Source: Blastocystis sp. Blastoise
Taxonomy: Eukaryota > Protista > Bigyra: Opalinata
Assembly: GCA_039096225.1 (NCBI GenBank)
Contig: JBBPEB010000009.1
Coordinates: forward strand, 1 to 64,000
Length of the DNA: 64,000 nucleotides
Direction of reading: 5' to 3'
The notes beneath the pieces were generated by a model. The model was not told where the DNA came from, did no database searches, and saw nothing but the letters and a program-made list of their open reading frames with translations. Made by a program: the position numbers and the translations under genes. How positions within the stretch are numbered: position 1 is the stretch's first letter; each line of letters starts with the position of its first letter. Positions 34,577 to 64,000 of this stretch are shown one piece after another.

Positions 34577-36902
34577 GTCGTAATTTTGGTATTCATACTC
34601 CACAACGAGATTCTTCTTGTCTTGTATATATATATATATAATATTTATTATTATTATTAGTCAATAACAATAGAATCTCTAATTTTATTCTATATACTAT
34701 ATATATATATATAATATTTATTATTATTATTAGTCAATAACAATAGAATCTCTAATTTTATTCTCTATACTATATATATATATATAATATTTATTATTAT
34801 TATTAGTATATAACAATAGAATCTCTAATTTTATTCTATATACTATATATATATATATAATATTTATTATTATTATTAGTCAATAACAATAGAATCTCTA
34901 ATTTTATTCTATATACTATATATATATTATAGGTCCCTTTGGCAGATATGGTCAATCACAGTAATAATGCGAATTGTATATGGATATATCATCCTTTTTC
35001 AAATATTATAAAATCCTCTGTGAAAATACGAGATATTCACGGGAATCCATCTAGTTCAGATCATCCACTTTCTTGTTTTATTATGAAAGCTACCCAAAAT
35101 ATAAAAAAAGGAGATCAAATATATTCTATTATGAATTCTATTCATGATAATCAGTATTCCTATAATTACTTATTGTTTTCATTATTATATAAATATAGAT
35201 ATATTATTCGTATGGTGCAAAACCCAATCGTCGCTATTTTTTAAATTATGGGTTTACGTTAATCAATAATATTAGTGATGATCTGTATTTCAATTGTGTT
35301 CTCCACGTTGTTTTTTGTCTTCCAAATGAAGATGAGAATTATGAAGAGAAAAGAGATATTATGAAAGCAATTCCTTTCTGTATATATAATATATAATATA
35401 TATAATATATATAATATATATATAATGATTATAGTATGTTCAACTCCAAGAGCATTTGTATTATCGATGAATTATGATGAGGATGAAACATTTAATGTGT
35501 TTCAATATATATCTTTTTATTTATATTCATTCCTCTTTTTTCATTTTTATCTCTATATAATATATAATATATAATATATAATATATAATATATAATATAT
35601 TATATATAATATATAATATATAATATATAATATATAATATATAATATATAATATATAATATATAATATATAATATATAATATATAATATATCCTTCATAT
35701 TCCCTGTTTACCTTCGTTATTGTTTAATGGATCCAGATGAATTTCAAGATTTCCTCTCTATACTCTCGGATTCATCAAATATAAAGAATAATAAAAATAT
35801 AGATTACAATAAAAATAATATGAGTAATGATATTCATAAATCTTATACAAAAGAATGTTTACAATCAATATATGAACTTCTTTCTAATCCTATTTCTATT
35901 CTAAATGAACTTACCGTTCTAAGTGTTTTAGAACAATATTCTAGGTATATTAATATACTATTTATAGGATGTATACAAACTCAACTTTTATTTTTTATTC
36001 ACTTTAAATAATATATATTTAATCCTGTTTATAGAATCATAATATATATATATATAATATATTCAATATAATAAATAAATGTATTCTTCTATAGACATCA
36101 ACTTCGACAATATAAGACATCTTTTACTGAAGATCTTAATCGATTAACAAGTACAAAAACATTGTCAAATTCATTCTTAAAGAACTCTACTGTCATTGTA
36201 TATATATGTTTTCTAAATATATATATATTATTATTATTACCATTATTATACATAGTTAAAAGATGAAAAACAAATCTGTTTATTTTATATTCTATTATAT
36301 ACCATTTGCAATGAACTTTATGATATGAATCAAAACGAAATAGAAGAAGTATTTATTATTCTATTTTTATTCTATATATTATTCTATTTTTTATTATTCT
36401 ATTTTTATTATTCTATTTTTATTTATATATTATTCTATTTTTATTCTATTTTTATTATTCTATTTATATTCTATTTATATTCTATTAATTATTCTATTAA
36501 TTATTATTAATTATTCTTTAATTATTCTTTAATTATTCTTTAATTATTCTATACATTATTCTATTTTTATTATTCAATTTTTATTATTCTATTTTTATTA
36601 TTCTATTTTTATTATTCTATATATACTCTATTCTTTACACCTATTTATCTTTCTTTTTTTTTAATATTTTCTATGATCTACATTACAATATATGAATATT
36701 ATATACATTATTATATTCTCTCTCCCTATCTCTATATATATAGACCATAGAATTTTATTCTAATTATAATGAACTTTATCTCTATTTGAAATCTATATTT
36801 TATCCTCTTCTTGTATATTCTAATCATTCTGAAACTAGTAGTTCAATCAGTTATGATAGTTCCAGCGATAGTAGTGTTTTATCATCATCAAGTGATATGT
36901 AA
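33307..36902 (+). CDS. SET-domain protein methyltransferase, Rubisco-LSMT/SETD3-like; multi-exon
   Basis: RGIFAIEDIQDGDILMNIP, WSRLIVSSRNFG, VPLADMVNHS and YYSYGAKPNRRYFLNYGF, followed by a substrate-binding-like C-terminal region. Confidence 0.85.
34626..34925. repeat. Intronic 73-bp minisatellite, 4 copies
   Basis: The equivalent G of ttag(t)caataacaatagaatctc lies at 34660, 34733, 34806 and 34879. Confidence 0.9.
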
Positions 36903-37565
36903 TATTATATACATTTATATAGATCAACTTTCTTTTCCTTTTTTGTTTCTCTTTTTGTATGTTTTCTTTTGCTTCTATTATTCATTTTTCTTTTAAATCT
37001 AATTATATATATTGCATATGTAATATTATTTTTGTTGTTAAATTTAGTACGTTGTAAATTAATTTGAAAATAAGTTTTTTTTTCAATTTTTCTTTGTACA
37101 TAATCCTTAAATCTTCTCTCTACTATAAAAATTGTATTTCTTATTCATTCTAACTTATCTATACTAAATTCATAAACAATATTTCACAACTTGTTCATAA
37201 TCATCACGGTTCATTTCTTAATAAAACACAAAATTATATACAAAATATCCTAATATTTCTATCCAGTTTATAAAATATATACATTTTTCATTTAAATATC
37301 GTCATCTTTACAGAATAAAGTTTAAAAAAACATTTCATTAAAAAATAAAGATTTTCACTGTATCTTAAAAGATAACCGTCATTATTTAGAAAAATATAAA
37401 AAAAACAATATGTTCAATGATATCCAATTTATGAAAAATGTATTTGTTTATCAAATAATAAAATCACTGAACAGTTCAAAAAAAAAGAAAACTAAGAAAA
37501 ACACTTTTTTTGTATTTATTGTATTTATTCAATTAGATATAGAAATATAAAGAGTTTCATTCCAA

Positions 37566-38496
37566 ATGAGATCTTATTTTGTTCTTTTTGTTGCTATTAT
37601 TGCTGTTACACAAGCAATTGAATGCACTTTTTCCAGAAGTGGTGTCACATATGATTTATCAAAGCTTACTTCTAAATCAGATTATAGAATAAAGGATACT
37701 GCTGTTGTTTCTAGCGAAAATAGAACGTATGATATACTTTATATCTGTTTTTAATTGATTATTTTTTAAAATTCCTTTTGTTTTATATATAATTTCTATT
37801 CTTTCTTTATAAATTTATACAAGTCATCAATAGACATATATATTTCACTCTTATAATTTTGTAAATATAGTGTTGTTTTCAATGTTTGTTCAAATACAGT
37901 TTATGTTCCTCGTGATGCTTTTGGCGGCAAAGGTTGTGAAACTACAGATCATCTTAAGAAACCTGATGGTAGTATTGAAACTACTTCAGATCCTTCTCCT
38001 GCTTATTCTGTTGATTCTCAAGATGGCTGCAAGAGATTAAGTATGGACATTAGTAATCCTGATAATATGGATATTTCTTTATATGGTATATATATATTAA
38101 TTATTATTATATTTTATTATTATTTTTTATTTTATTATATTCTGTTTTATTATTATTATATATATATATATATATTTTGTTATTATTCTTATTAGTTTTA
38201 TTATTATATATATATATATTTTTGTTATTATTATTATTGTTATATAAATAGTTACACTATTATATATATAGATAGAAGAGATTTTGCTGCTGGTGTTGTC
38301 TTAACTTATCAGAATGGTGATTATTGTTGTGTTGATTCCCAATGTACTAATACTGCTCTTAGTTCGTTAGTTATCAATTGGATTTGTACGGATAACTCTT
38401 TCAAAATGCCTTCTCAAGCTATTATTTCTGATAATGTCAATACTTGTGCTTCTACTCTTGTCATTGAATCTACTTATGCTTGTCCTACTGGTATAA

Positions 38497-38533
<37 letters not shown>

Positions 38534-39204
38534 TTTATTTTTATTATTATTTTTTTATTATTATTATTTTTTTTATTGTTATTTTTTAAATTTTATTATT
38601 ATTATTTTTTTAAATTTTTTTATTATTATTTTTATTATTATTATTTTATTATCTTTATTTTTTTTTATGCCATATTAAAAGTCCTAAATCACAAGTATAT
38701 ACATTTTTAGATTATATACAATATAAATTATAATTAATAATAACATGTATCTATAGAATGTCCTATTGTTAATGATCATTTATGTAATAACCACGGTTCT
38801 TGTGGTTATGATTTATCTAATGCTAATGCTCACTGTTATTGTAATAGCGGCTGGTATGGTGAATCTTGTAATATGATTATTGAAGTTGGTATGTATTCTT
38901 ATTATACTTATTATTATATTATTTTCTTAATCTTATATTATTCATATTATTATATAGATTTAATGGATATCAATACTTGGGCAATTATTATTACCATTTT
39001 ATTATCCCTTATTGTTATCATTACTGTGTATGTAGATTTATTATTTATTATATATTTTTATAACTTTCCAAATAACTCTCATTAATCATTTCTTTCTATA
39101 GTATTTCTGTATATCTTAAACTTCGTAAGATTAATGTTGATCCTGATGCTTTTGAAAACCTTGAAACTAAATTCAATGAATTAGGTCAAATGACTCAATT
39201 CTAA
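37566..39204 (+). CDS. MRH (mannose-6-phosphate receptor homology/ATG27-like) + EGF + TM type I receptor; multi-exon
   Basis: Signal peptide, CTFSRSGVTYDLSKL, VVFNVCSNT, GVVLTYQNGDYC, IESTYACP; EGF CNNHGSCGYD...CYCNSGWYGESC; TM; tail LRKINVDPDAFENLETKFNELGQMTQF. Confidence 0.8.
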
Positions 39205-39529
39205 ACATATATATACATATATACAATAACTGTTTTCTTTTATATGTATATGAGAACAATATACATATTCTCTATTTGCTCTGTATAATACTATTTAATT
39301 ATTTGTTGTTTTATTATGATTGTTCTCTTCTTCATTTTTTTTTAAAACAAAAATTAAAAGTTTATAATTATTCTTATAAACTGTTAAAACAACAATATTC
39401 ATCAACTATTTACTTTTAATACACTTAATAATTAGAATAAAATATATATATATATATATATATATAAAAGAATAAATTATTAAAATATATATATATTTAG
39501 AATACAGGATTCTCTATATAGGATAATAT

Positions 39530-41609
39530 TTATTTACATTGGAATACTTCATATTCTTCAATTTTAAATTCATTACATTTATCATTTGCAGCAGTATTAG
39601 TGAATAGAGAAAATCCATAAATAGGATCAATACAAAAAGCAGGATCAGTTGTATTTGTAGTAAAATAACAACTAGAATTAACTTTATGACAAAATTGACA
39701 TATAGAGATTCCTCCATTAAAACAAGGTCCCCATTGTGAACAATAAGATAGAGTATCTCTTTTATCTGTAGCCTTCAGTTTGATAGGTGAAGTATTATGT
39801 GGATTATTGAATGAAAATAAAAATGCATTCTTATCACGTGCATATATCCAAGTATCTATTATATATAGATATAGTTATAATATATACAGAATAATCAATT
39901 AAAAATCAAATATATTTATTATAACTGATTTAATATATATATATATATATACTTGGTTGGTATTTCTTAGGTTTAGTCCATCCTTTAGAAGTAAATCCTC
40001 CAAAACGATAAGTCAAATCATTCTTATCTTTATATGACACTAATACAAGAAGATTTGTCTTATTATCACAATATTCGTGAAATCTTTCACAACTAAACGC
40101 ATTCTCTGAAGCTCTATATATATTATTATTATTAAATATATAAGTATTTTTAGTGTAGATACTATATATCATGAAAAATATATTATATAATAAAATGAGA
40201 ATATATTTTTATTAGAATATAAATATAATACTATAATTTATTAAAAAATATATATATAAATATATATATAAATATTTATAATAATATAAAATATATAATA
40301 TATATATATATCTATTCAAAATTATATTAAAAAAAATTATAATAACAATATATAGAAAGAAAACTATATAATAACAAAAAATATAGAAAGAAATAAAATA
40401 TAAAACCTATATCTACATACCTGAAAAGTAATTTCCAATAATAATTTTTATTCTTCATATAGTCTTTCATAAATGAATTCAAGTAAGCGTCATGTATTTG
40501 CAGCATAATAGCAGATCCAACAAGTGTTTGAGACATCATTATTACTGTGGATAATTGACCTGTAGGTAGAATTCCAAACATATATAATTCTTTCATTAAA
40601 AGTTGACTGTCTACATGAGTACAATATATTTTATTAACTATATGTGTATCCTTCTTAATAATACCTTGTATAATATCTTCATATACTAATTCAAGATTAT
40701 ATTCAAAATAATTACTTTCTTTATTATATTGAATACGATTAAACGGAATACAATCCAAAAGAATATTCTGAAGATGGTTCAATATCAAATAATTATTTAT
40801 TTCTGTATTGACTTTTCCATTAATAAGCAGTTGTTTACGATTTATCCATGCATCTTGAAGATTATAAGGAGATTTCGACATATACATACGACTCAACTCT
40901 GGTCGAATACCTATATTTAAGAAACATAATACATTAAAGAATTGAATCAATTCTTCAGAACTTAACAAGGCATAATCAATCGATTCTTTATATAAATATC
41001 TCTTTAAAAGATCAATATTAGAATAAGGAAAATCAATATAACCTGAATTCTCTTTATTCCGTTTTGAAAGATCTATATAAAATTCATATAAATGTGAATC
41101 TTTATAGTTTCGAAGTATCGATGTATCAATTATCATTTCTGATTCTGAACCTTGAAAAATAAACTTCATTTTCTTATTTTTATCTTCAACCTTTCCAGTA
41201 TATTCTTTGAACTTCTCATCTTCTTCTATAAGATCATCTAATTTCTGTTCTATTTTTCGCTTTAAAGTACGATTCTTATGATCATTCTGATTCAAAGAAT
41301 CTGAAAAATCATGCAAGAGGTCATATATCTGTTGTTTCAATGACAACGCCTCATTTTCTCTATCGGTATTTTTAAAACACTCGGAGATATCATTCAAAAT
41401 AGTGTCAATTGCTTCATTTTCTTTGTCAATATTTTTTAAATATTTTGAAAAATCGTTCAGAAAGCTATCATATGCTCGTTCATCATCACTAGAAGAATCA
41501 TCAATTGTCTTACTCACTAAATTGTAAACAAAATAATTATAAAATGAAGCATATATATATATTGTATTTAAATATATATAGAAAAGGGAATTTAGAATAT
41601 ATACATACT
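39530..41609 (-). CDS. Coiled-coil + BTB-like + TLDc protein (paralogue of 20737-22909); start codon probably split by an intron
   Basis: FIFQGSESEMIIDTSILRNYKDSHLY...YIDFP (BTB-like); WKLLFR|ASENAFSCERFHEYCD...FGGFT...WGPCF...EEYEVF-TAA (TLDc). Confidence 0.8.
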
Positions 41610-42049
41610 TTTTATAGAATTCTTAATTTGAAAGAATAATAAAATATGAAGAAGAAGAAATATTTATTTTTTTTAAATAACTATCAGGTAGTTATTGGAT
41701 ATTTTGAAAAGAAATCTGATTATTATTGGAAATTCCTTATAAGAATTGCGAGATAATTTATTCATTTTGCTAGCAATTGCTTTAATAACATTTCTTCATT
41801 TCTATTCTCCTATCTTTCTATATAAATGGCATTAAAACAAATTTAACGATTCTATTCTTTATGTAAATATAATCTATACCTTAAACAAAACAATATATAT
41901 GCAAACTCTTAAATAGAAGCGACAAATTATTACATTAATTTTTAAAAATATAGTATAAAAAGAAAGATAAGCAACTGAAATAAGTAATATTTAAAAAAAT
42001 AATAAATTCTAAATAGATGAATTCAATTATTTGTCGATAACTGTTGAAT

Positions 42050-43403
42050 TTAATCACTTTTGGATCGAATATTATATTTTTGTCTAATTTGATCAGCTGT
42101 TTGTTTATATTCTTCTCTTCGTCGAAGTCCTTCTATAAGATTATTCAAAATAAAATAAATAATTATAATGTAAATAGATTTATTTATTTTATTTGTTTTT
42201 ATTTTATATACCTTCTTCAGTTCTAGGACTAGATACTAATCCTGTGGAACTAGAGAGTTCTCCTTGTTCTTGATCATCACTCTATATATAGAAATAATAG
42301 TATATTTAGCTAATTTTATTAGAGTATAATCAATTAAGTTGTTTAGTAATGTAGTATAATATATAAATTTTGTTAATTGTTAATATAATATAGATAATAA
42401 TATATATAAATAATATACATCTGCTTTACTAGAAGCTCTAAAGAAAGTTAATTTAATATTTGTTGATTCATAATTCAATTTTGCTTTTATAGATCTCTCT
42501 CTGAATACACTATGAACTGTAACACCTATATTCAGAAACAGTATAGTGATTCTTTATTATATTTATAATAATATGATAATATAAATATAATATATTTAAA
42601 TAATATGATAAAATAATATATATATATAAAATAATAAAATAATAAAAACATCACAATAACAAAAACATAATAAAAATAAAACAATCACAATAACAAAAAC
42701 AATATCCAATCTATACCTCCTAAAATAGCTAATAAACTGTATAATGATTGTAATAATGTTCCACATATTATTGAACATATAAATAAACCTATATATATTT
42801 ATATAGAATACAATTTATAATCATTAATATATATAAACATTTTCTATATAAATAAAAGAAAATAATAAGAATAAGAATATAACAAATTACCTATAATTGT
42901 GACAGCAATTTTTTCCAAATCATTTAAGCGACGCTTATTAACAATAATAGGTCCAAAAGGCTCAAAAAACAAATATATAATCAAACCAGCTACAACAGCA
43001 ACAGTGAGTAAAAAGCGAATATTAAATAAACATTGAATCAACAATAATCCTGAACAAAGATAGATATAATTCGTTCTATAAAACAAGACATTTGTTTCAA
43101 ATCTCTTTTCTATCTTCTCTAAATCCTTTTTAGGCATACTCATCTTTCCAAAGAAATCTTCCCAAGGTCGCTATACATTAATATTTAATTCATCTAAAAA
43201 TATTTTAAGAAAAAAAGTATATTTCTGAAAATAATATAAAATTATCATAAAATACACAAATTGTAATACATAACATATAAAATTCAAAATAAATATACAA
43301 GATCTGCCCATCCAATCTGCTTCATTTCACGTTTAAACTGTCCAATGGCTAATAGTTGTTTAATATAATATATATAAATCTAAATACCTTTATCAGCTTC
43401 CAT
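42050..43403 (-). CDS. PRA1 family (prenylated Rab acceptor) protein; multi-exon
   Basis: DL|RPWEDFFGKMSMP...RFETNVLFYRTNY, hydrophobic segments and VHSVFRERSIK. Confidence 0.85.
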
Positions 43404-43652
43404 TCCTAATATGCTTAATAAGAAAATAAATTTGTATTTCTAGTTAAATCACTATGTAATTCTTTATAAAAAAAAATTCTTCAAAATTTTTTTGAAAAAC
43501 TGGATGCTTCACTTCATGGTTTGTTGTTTCAAGTAAAAATGTGATTTTTGACGCATAAAATGAATACTTCCAAAACATGAATTTTTAAAGAAGAAACCAG
43601 TTTTTTTCTGAAATTTTCTGAAATTCCTTGTGAAAGAACTGATTTCTTTCTG

Positions 43653-43657
43653 AAAAA

Positions 43658-43737
<80 letters not shown>

Positions 43738-43743
43738 AAAAAA
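43653..43743 (+). repeat. Long poly(dA) tract in a divergent intergenic region
   Basis: About 85 A residues interrupted by gc, gc and g, between the PRA1 ATG (43403, -) and the CX9C ATG (43780, +). Confidence 0.9.
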
Positions 43744-43779
43744 CCATTCTTATTTTTTTCTTTCCTTATATACTTATAT

Positions 43780-44231
43780 ATGCAAAAACAACAGACATCG
43801 AATACTGTCCGAAGAGAAGTGTTTCCATCTCCTGCAGAATTAATGGCTACATCTGATCTTATTGAAACAAATTGTGAACATGCTGTTCTTTTATATAATA
43901 AATGTATCAGTGAAACCAAGAATAAGTCTCCAGAATCATGTAAGCAATACTCTCAAAACATATATTTTTGTGCTCAAACCCAGTATGTCAACAATTCATA
44001 TACTTATTTTTTTATATTTCTATTTTTTCTTAATAAAGAAATCCTTTTGCTAATTTATAATTATAATAAACCTATTTCAAAATAATATATTACTATAGAA
44101 TTGCAAATAGCGAAGAAAAATGTCCAGATTCCTTTTATAACTTAGTAGATTGTATTCAAACAAATCCTTCAAACTTAACAAAATGCAAGGATTTATATCA
44201 AGCGTTTTATACATGTATGGACAAGGAGTAA
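43780..44231 (+). CDS. Quadruple CX9C protein, NDUFA8-like complex I accessory subunit (2 exons)
   Basis: FPSPAELMATSDLIETNC resembles the NDUFA8 N-terminal PTSAVLxAxAxHIGxxC segment. Four CX9C motifs after splicing 43983-44098; TAA at 44229-44231. Confidence 0.75.
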
Positions 44232-44743
44232 GATGAACATTAGCTTTTATTATCAAAACTTATTTACCTATTTTTTTTATATATTCTTTTCTTTATTTCT
44301 ATTGTATACATATTTTTTGAATTAAGAGAACTATAAATATTTTTTTCTCTATATATGTATAAACTTATTTCATCTATCGATTATTCCAAAAACATTTTGA
44401 TAATGGATCTCTTTTTTTATTATTTTCTCTTTTATCTTATTAATAAATTGTATTTATTATAACAAAGATTTACCCGTAATTGAATATTATTATTCTATAT
44501 GCTATTTTCTGTTTTTTGTTAGGTTTTTATTATGATTTCATTATAATTTAAAAAATCACAGTTCTTTCAAAAAATACAGTTTAAACTCTAAAATAAACGT
44601 GTTTATTTTTATTTTAAATAATATTTTTTAATTACAATTTTTATAACTAAAAGATCATTTTTATTCATGTATAACTATCTCTCTATTTAATGAACTATAG
44701 TTTATTGATTATTTTCTATTTTTTATTGATTTATGTATATAGA

Positions 44744-45454
44744 ATGAGTGATGATGAAAATAAAGATATAAGTGAAATAAATTCTGAGACTCCACGTGAA
44801 ACGAGTGATTCTCCAAAAAATGAAGCAAGACAATTAAAAATCATTAAATGTTCTAAGTGTTTCAAACATAGAACAAGTTTAAAGTGTCCGGAGAAGGCTT
44901 GTATACATTGCTGCACTTTACAACCCTGTCCATATCATGAAGCACGAAAAAGAATATATAATCGTCAGTTTGGAAAACAGTTTAAATTATGTAAAATAGA
45001 AACATATCCTTTGAAAGTTTCTTCTCCAAAGAAATTTATGTATTTTTTTTTATTCTTTTTTTAATATTTTTATTCTTTTTTAAATTATTTATATATATAT
45101 TTTTAATATCTTTATTATTTATAAAGTAGAAATAAGCCAAAATCTCCATCTGCTGATACAAAAACAAATTTTTCAAAAGAAGAATATAAAAATAAATGCA
45201 TAGAATTAATGAAATATGAATCTATTAAAGATACAAATAAAAGAATTCCTGTATCTGCTGATCAATTCAAAGAAGACTCTTTTCAATATATTGGAGATAC
45301 AGTAACCATTTTTTCTATTCATGAATTCTTTGGATCAAATTATTCTAAACTTGTAAAGAATAAAATCAAAAAGAATTATCATTCTATTTCTATAAAAAAA
45401 GTCGATAAACTAGCTCGATGGAATTCTATCAAAGAAAATCTATTGCATATATAG
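44744..45454 (+). CDS. Small protein with a Cys/His zinc-finger (SHI/STY RING-like pattern); 2 coding exons
   Basis: CSKCFKHRTSLKCPEKACIHCCTLQPCPYH; the second exon is in frame to TAG at 45452-45454. Confidence 0.65.
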
Positions 45455-46023
45455 TATTTTTTTATTCGTATATATTATATATTTTTTGTAACATAGATTT
45501 CAATTTTATTAATATAAAATATATCTTTTATTTTTATGTTGTGTTTTTTTCTTATGCTTGTCATTCATTCAAAACTCAAATCATTACATATATATTCATT
45601 TAAATACAAAAAAAAAATATCTTATTGTGATATTCATATGCTAAAAAATATAAAATATATTTTTATCTGAATAATTTTAAGAACAAAACAAAATTAGAAA
45701 AAAACACCAGAATTTATTGACATTTATTTTCATTTTTAAAAATTTTTCATTTATTTTTCTTCAGTAAGATTACAATACAAATTCATTTTACTTATTAATA
45801 TTAATCTTTAGATCTTCTTAGTATCTAGATCACGTATACCACAACTTCATACAAGAAAAATATATCAAAATTGTATGTATTTTTTCTATTCATTAAAAAT
45901 CCATATAAAAGTGTATTTAAAATATTAAGATATATCTGTGAATAGTTTCTAAGTAATAATCATTTCTTTAGATAAAAGAGCCTTTCATTTTGTAAACATT
46001 TCCTTTAAGATTCATTGCTTCTT

Positions 46024-58911
<12,888 letters not shown>

Positions 58912-59443
58912 ATTAGTTAACACTCAAACAACTATATACTATGCTCTTTCCTATAAATATAATCAAATTTTCTTCTTCTTCTCTTTTTTCAACAATTAAA
59001 TAATGATACTAACATATATATATCTGTAAAACATTGAATAACGGTGGGAACAATAAAAAATGTTTTAAATCATAATATTTTTTTATAATATTATTATATA
59101 TTATAAATATATTCTATAGTTATATATATTCTGTTCCACTTTTCCTATGTATCCATTTTTGTTTTTATCTTTTAATATATTATATGGTGATTAATTTGTT
59201 AGCTCTATACATTTTTAGTTTATTATATATACATTTGCTTCCTGAAAATATACAACTATGATTTTAAATAATAATTTTATGTTTAACATACTCATTTTTA
59301 TTTAAAATCGTTAATTAATGAAATACAACAACAAGTTAACTATGAAAATAACATAAATTTGAACAATACATATATTTAAGAAAAACAACATATATACAGG
59401 TAAAATTATAAAAAATAACTAGAGAAACCACATAAAAAGAATA

Positions 59444-63477
<4,034 letters not shown>

Positions 63478-64000
63478 AGTACCTAGAAAAACAAATTTGT
63501 GATAATCCAAGATAATTATAATGTTGCAACATACTCAAAATACTAATAAATAATTATAATCTGAGTATTATGATAATTAAAAAATTATAAAGAAAAACAG
63601 CCCACACTCTGGTTTTCATATTATCGTGGGAATATATCGAATTCCGGTCACATTATTAAATTTTCAAATATTTTATATTTTTTTTATTTAATTGGGATAA
63701 TATAGTATAATTGTTACTGTAAAGTGTTATGTTGTTTTCTAAATTATAATTGTATTTATGTAGTTGTGTTTTAACTGAATAAATAGTATATTTTCCTAAG
63801 ATTCCTATCAACTATTGTTATTATTGGCAAAATTTTACTATAAAATACTCTTTAATTACTTACTCATTTCATATAAGATAAAAAGAGTAAGTCGATAAGT
63901 GATGAAATGTAAAACAAAAAATATTGATGTTTTTCTTTTATGATTTAAAATTCATTATAACGTTTATTATTAAAAACAAATATTAAAAACAAAATCAGAG

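Overview
A very AT-rich, gene-dense, intron-rich eukaryotic nuclear segment using the standard code (TAA, TAG and TGA all end genes). I reconstructed 19 protein-coding genes by hand from GT-AG introns: a GT-A-like glycosyltransferase, a USP53/54-like deubiquitinase, a large modular surface protein, four BTB-domain proteins (two with LRR, two with TLDc), two quadruple-CX9C NDUFA8-like proteins, a GT31 galactosyltransferase-like protein, RAE1, a tRNA-splicing endonuclease catalytic subunit, a SET/LSMT methyltransferase, an MRH-EGF receptor, PRA1, a small zinc-finger protein, a single-TM hypothetical protein, a giant CHD-type remodeller and DIS3. The gene content and a TGTWTGTT element just after some stop codons suggest a Blastocystis-like stramenopile; this is inference, not proof. 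Most short ORFs in the supplied track are intronic microsatellite artefacts. I saw no rRNA, tRNA, CRISPR array or transposon. The most notable observations are: (1) a PDZ-chromo-chromo-SNF2-HELICc-PZP remodeller whose second chromodomain is split by about 1,100 low-complexity residues; (2) introns made only of GT(AT)nAG; (3) five CCGCGG palindromes clustered in DIS3, four formed by GC-rich codons; (4) a 3'-end motif spaced so that poly(A) could be added at the stop-codon T; (5) a start codon apparently split by an intron. CDS coordinates are gene spans including introns, traced by eye, and need RNA-seq confirmation.
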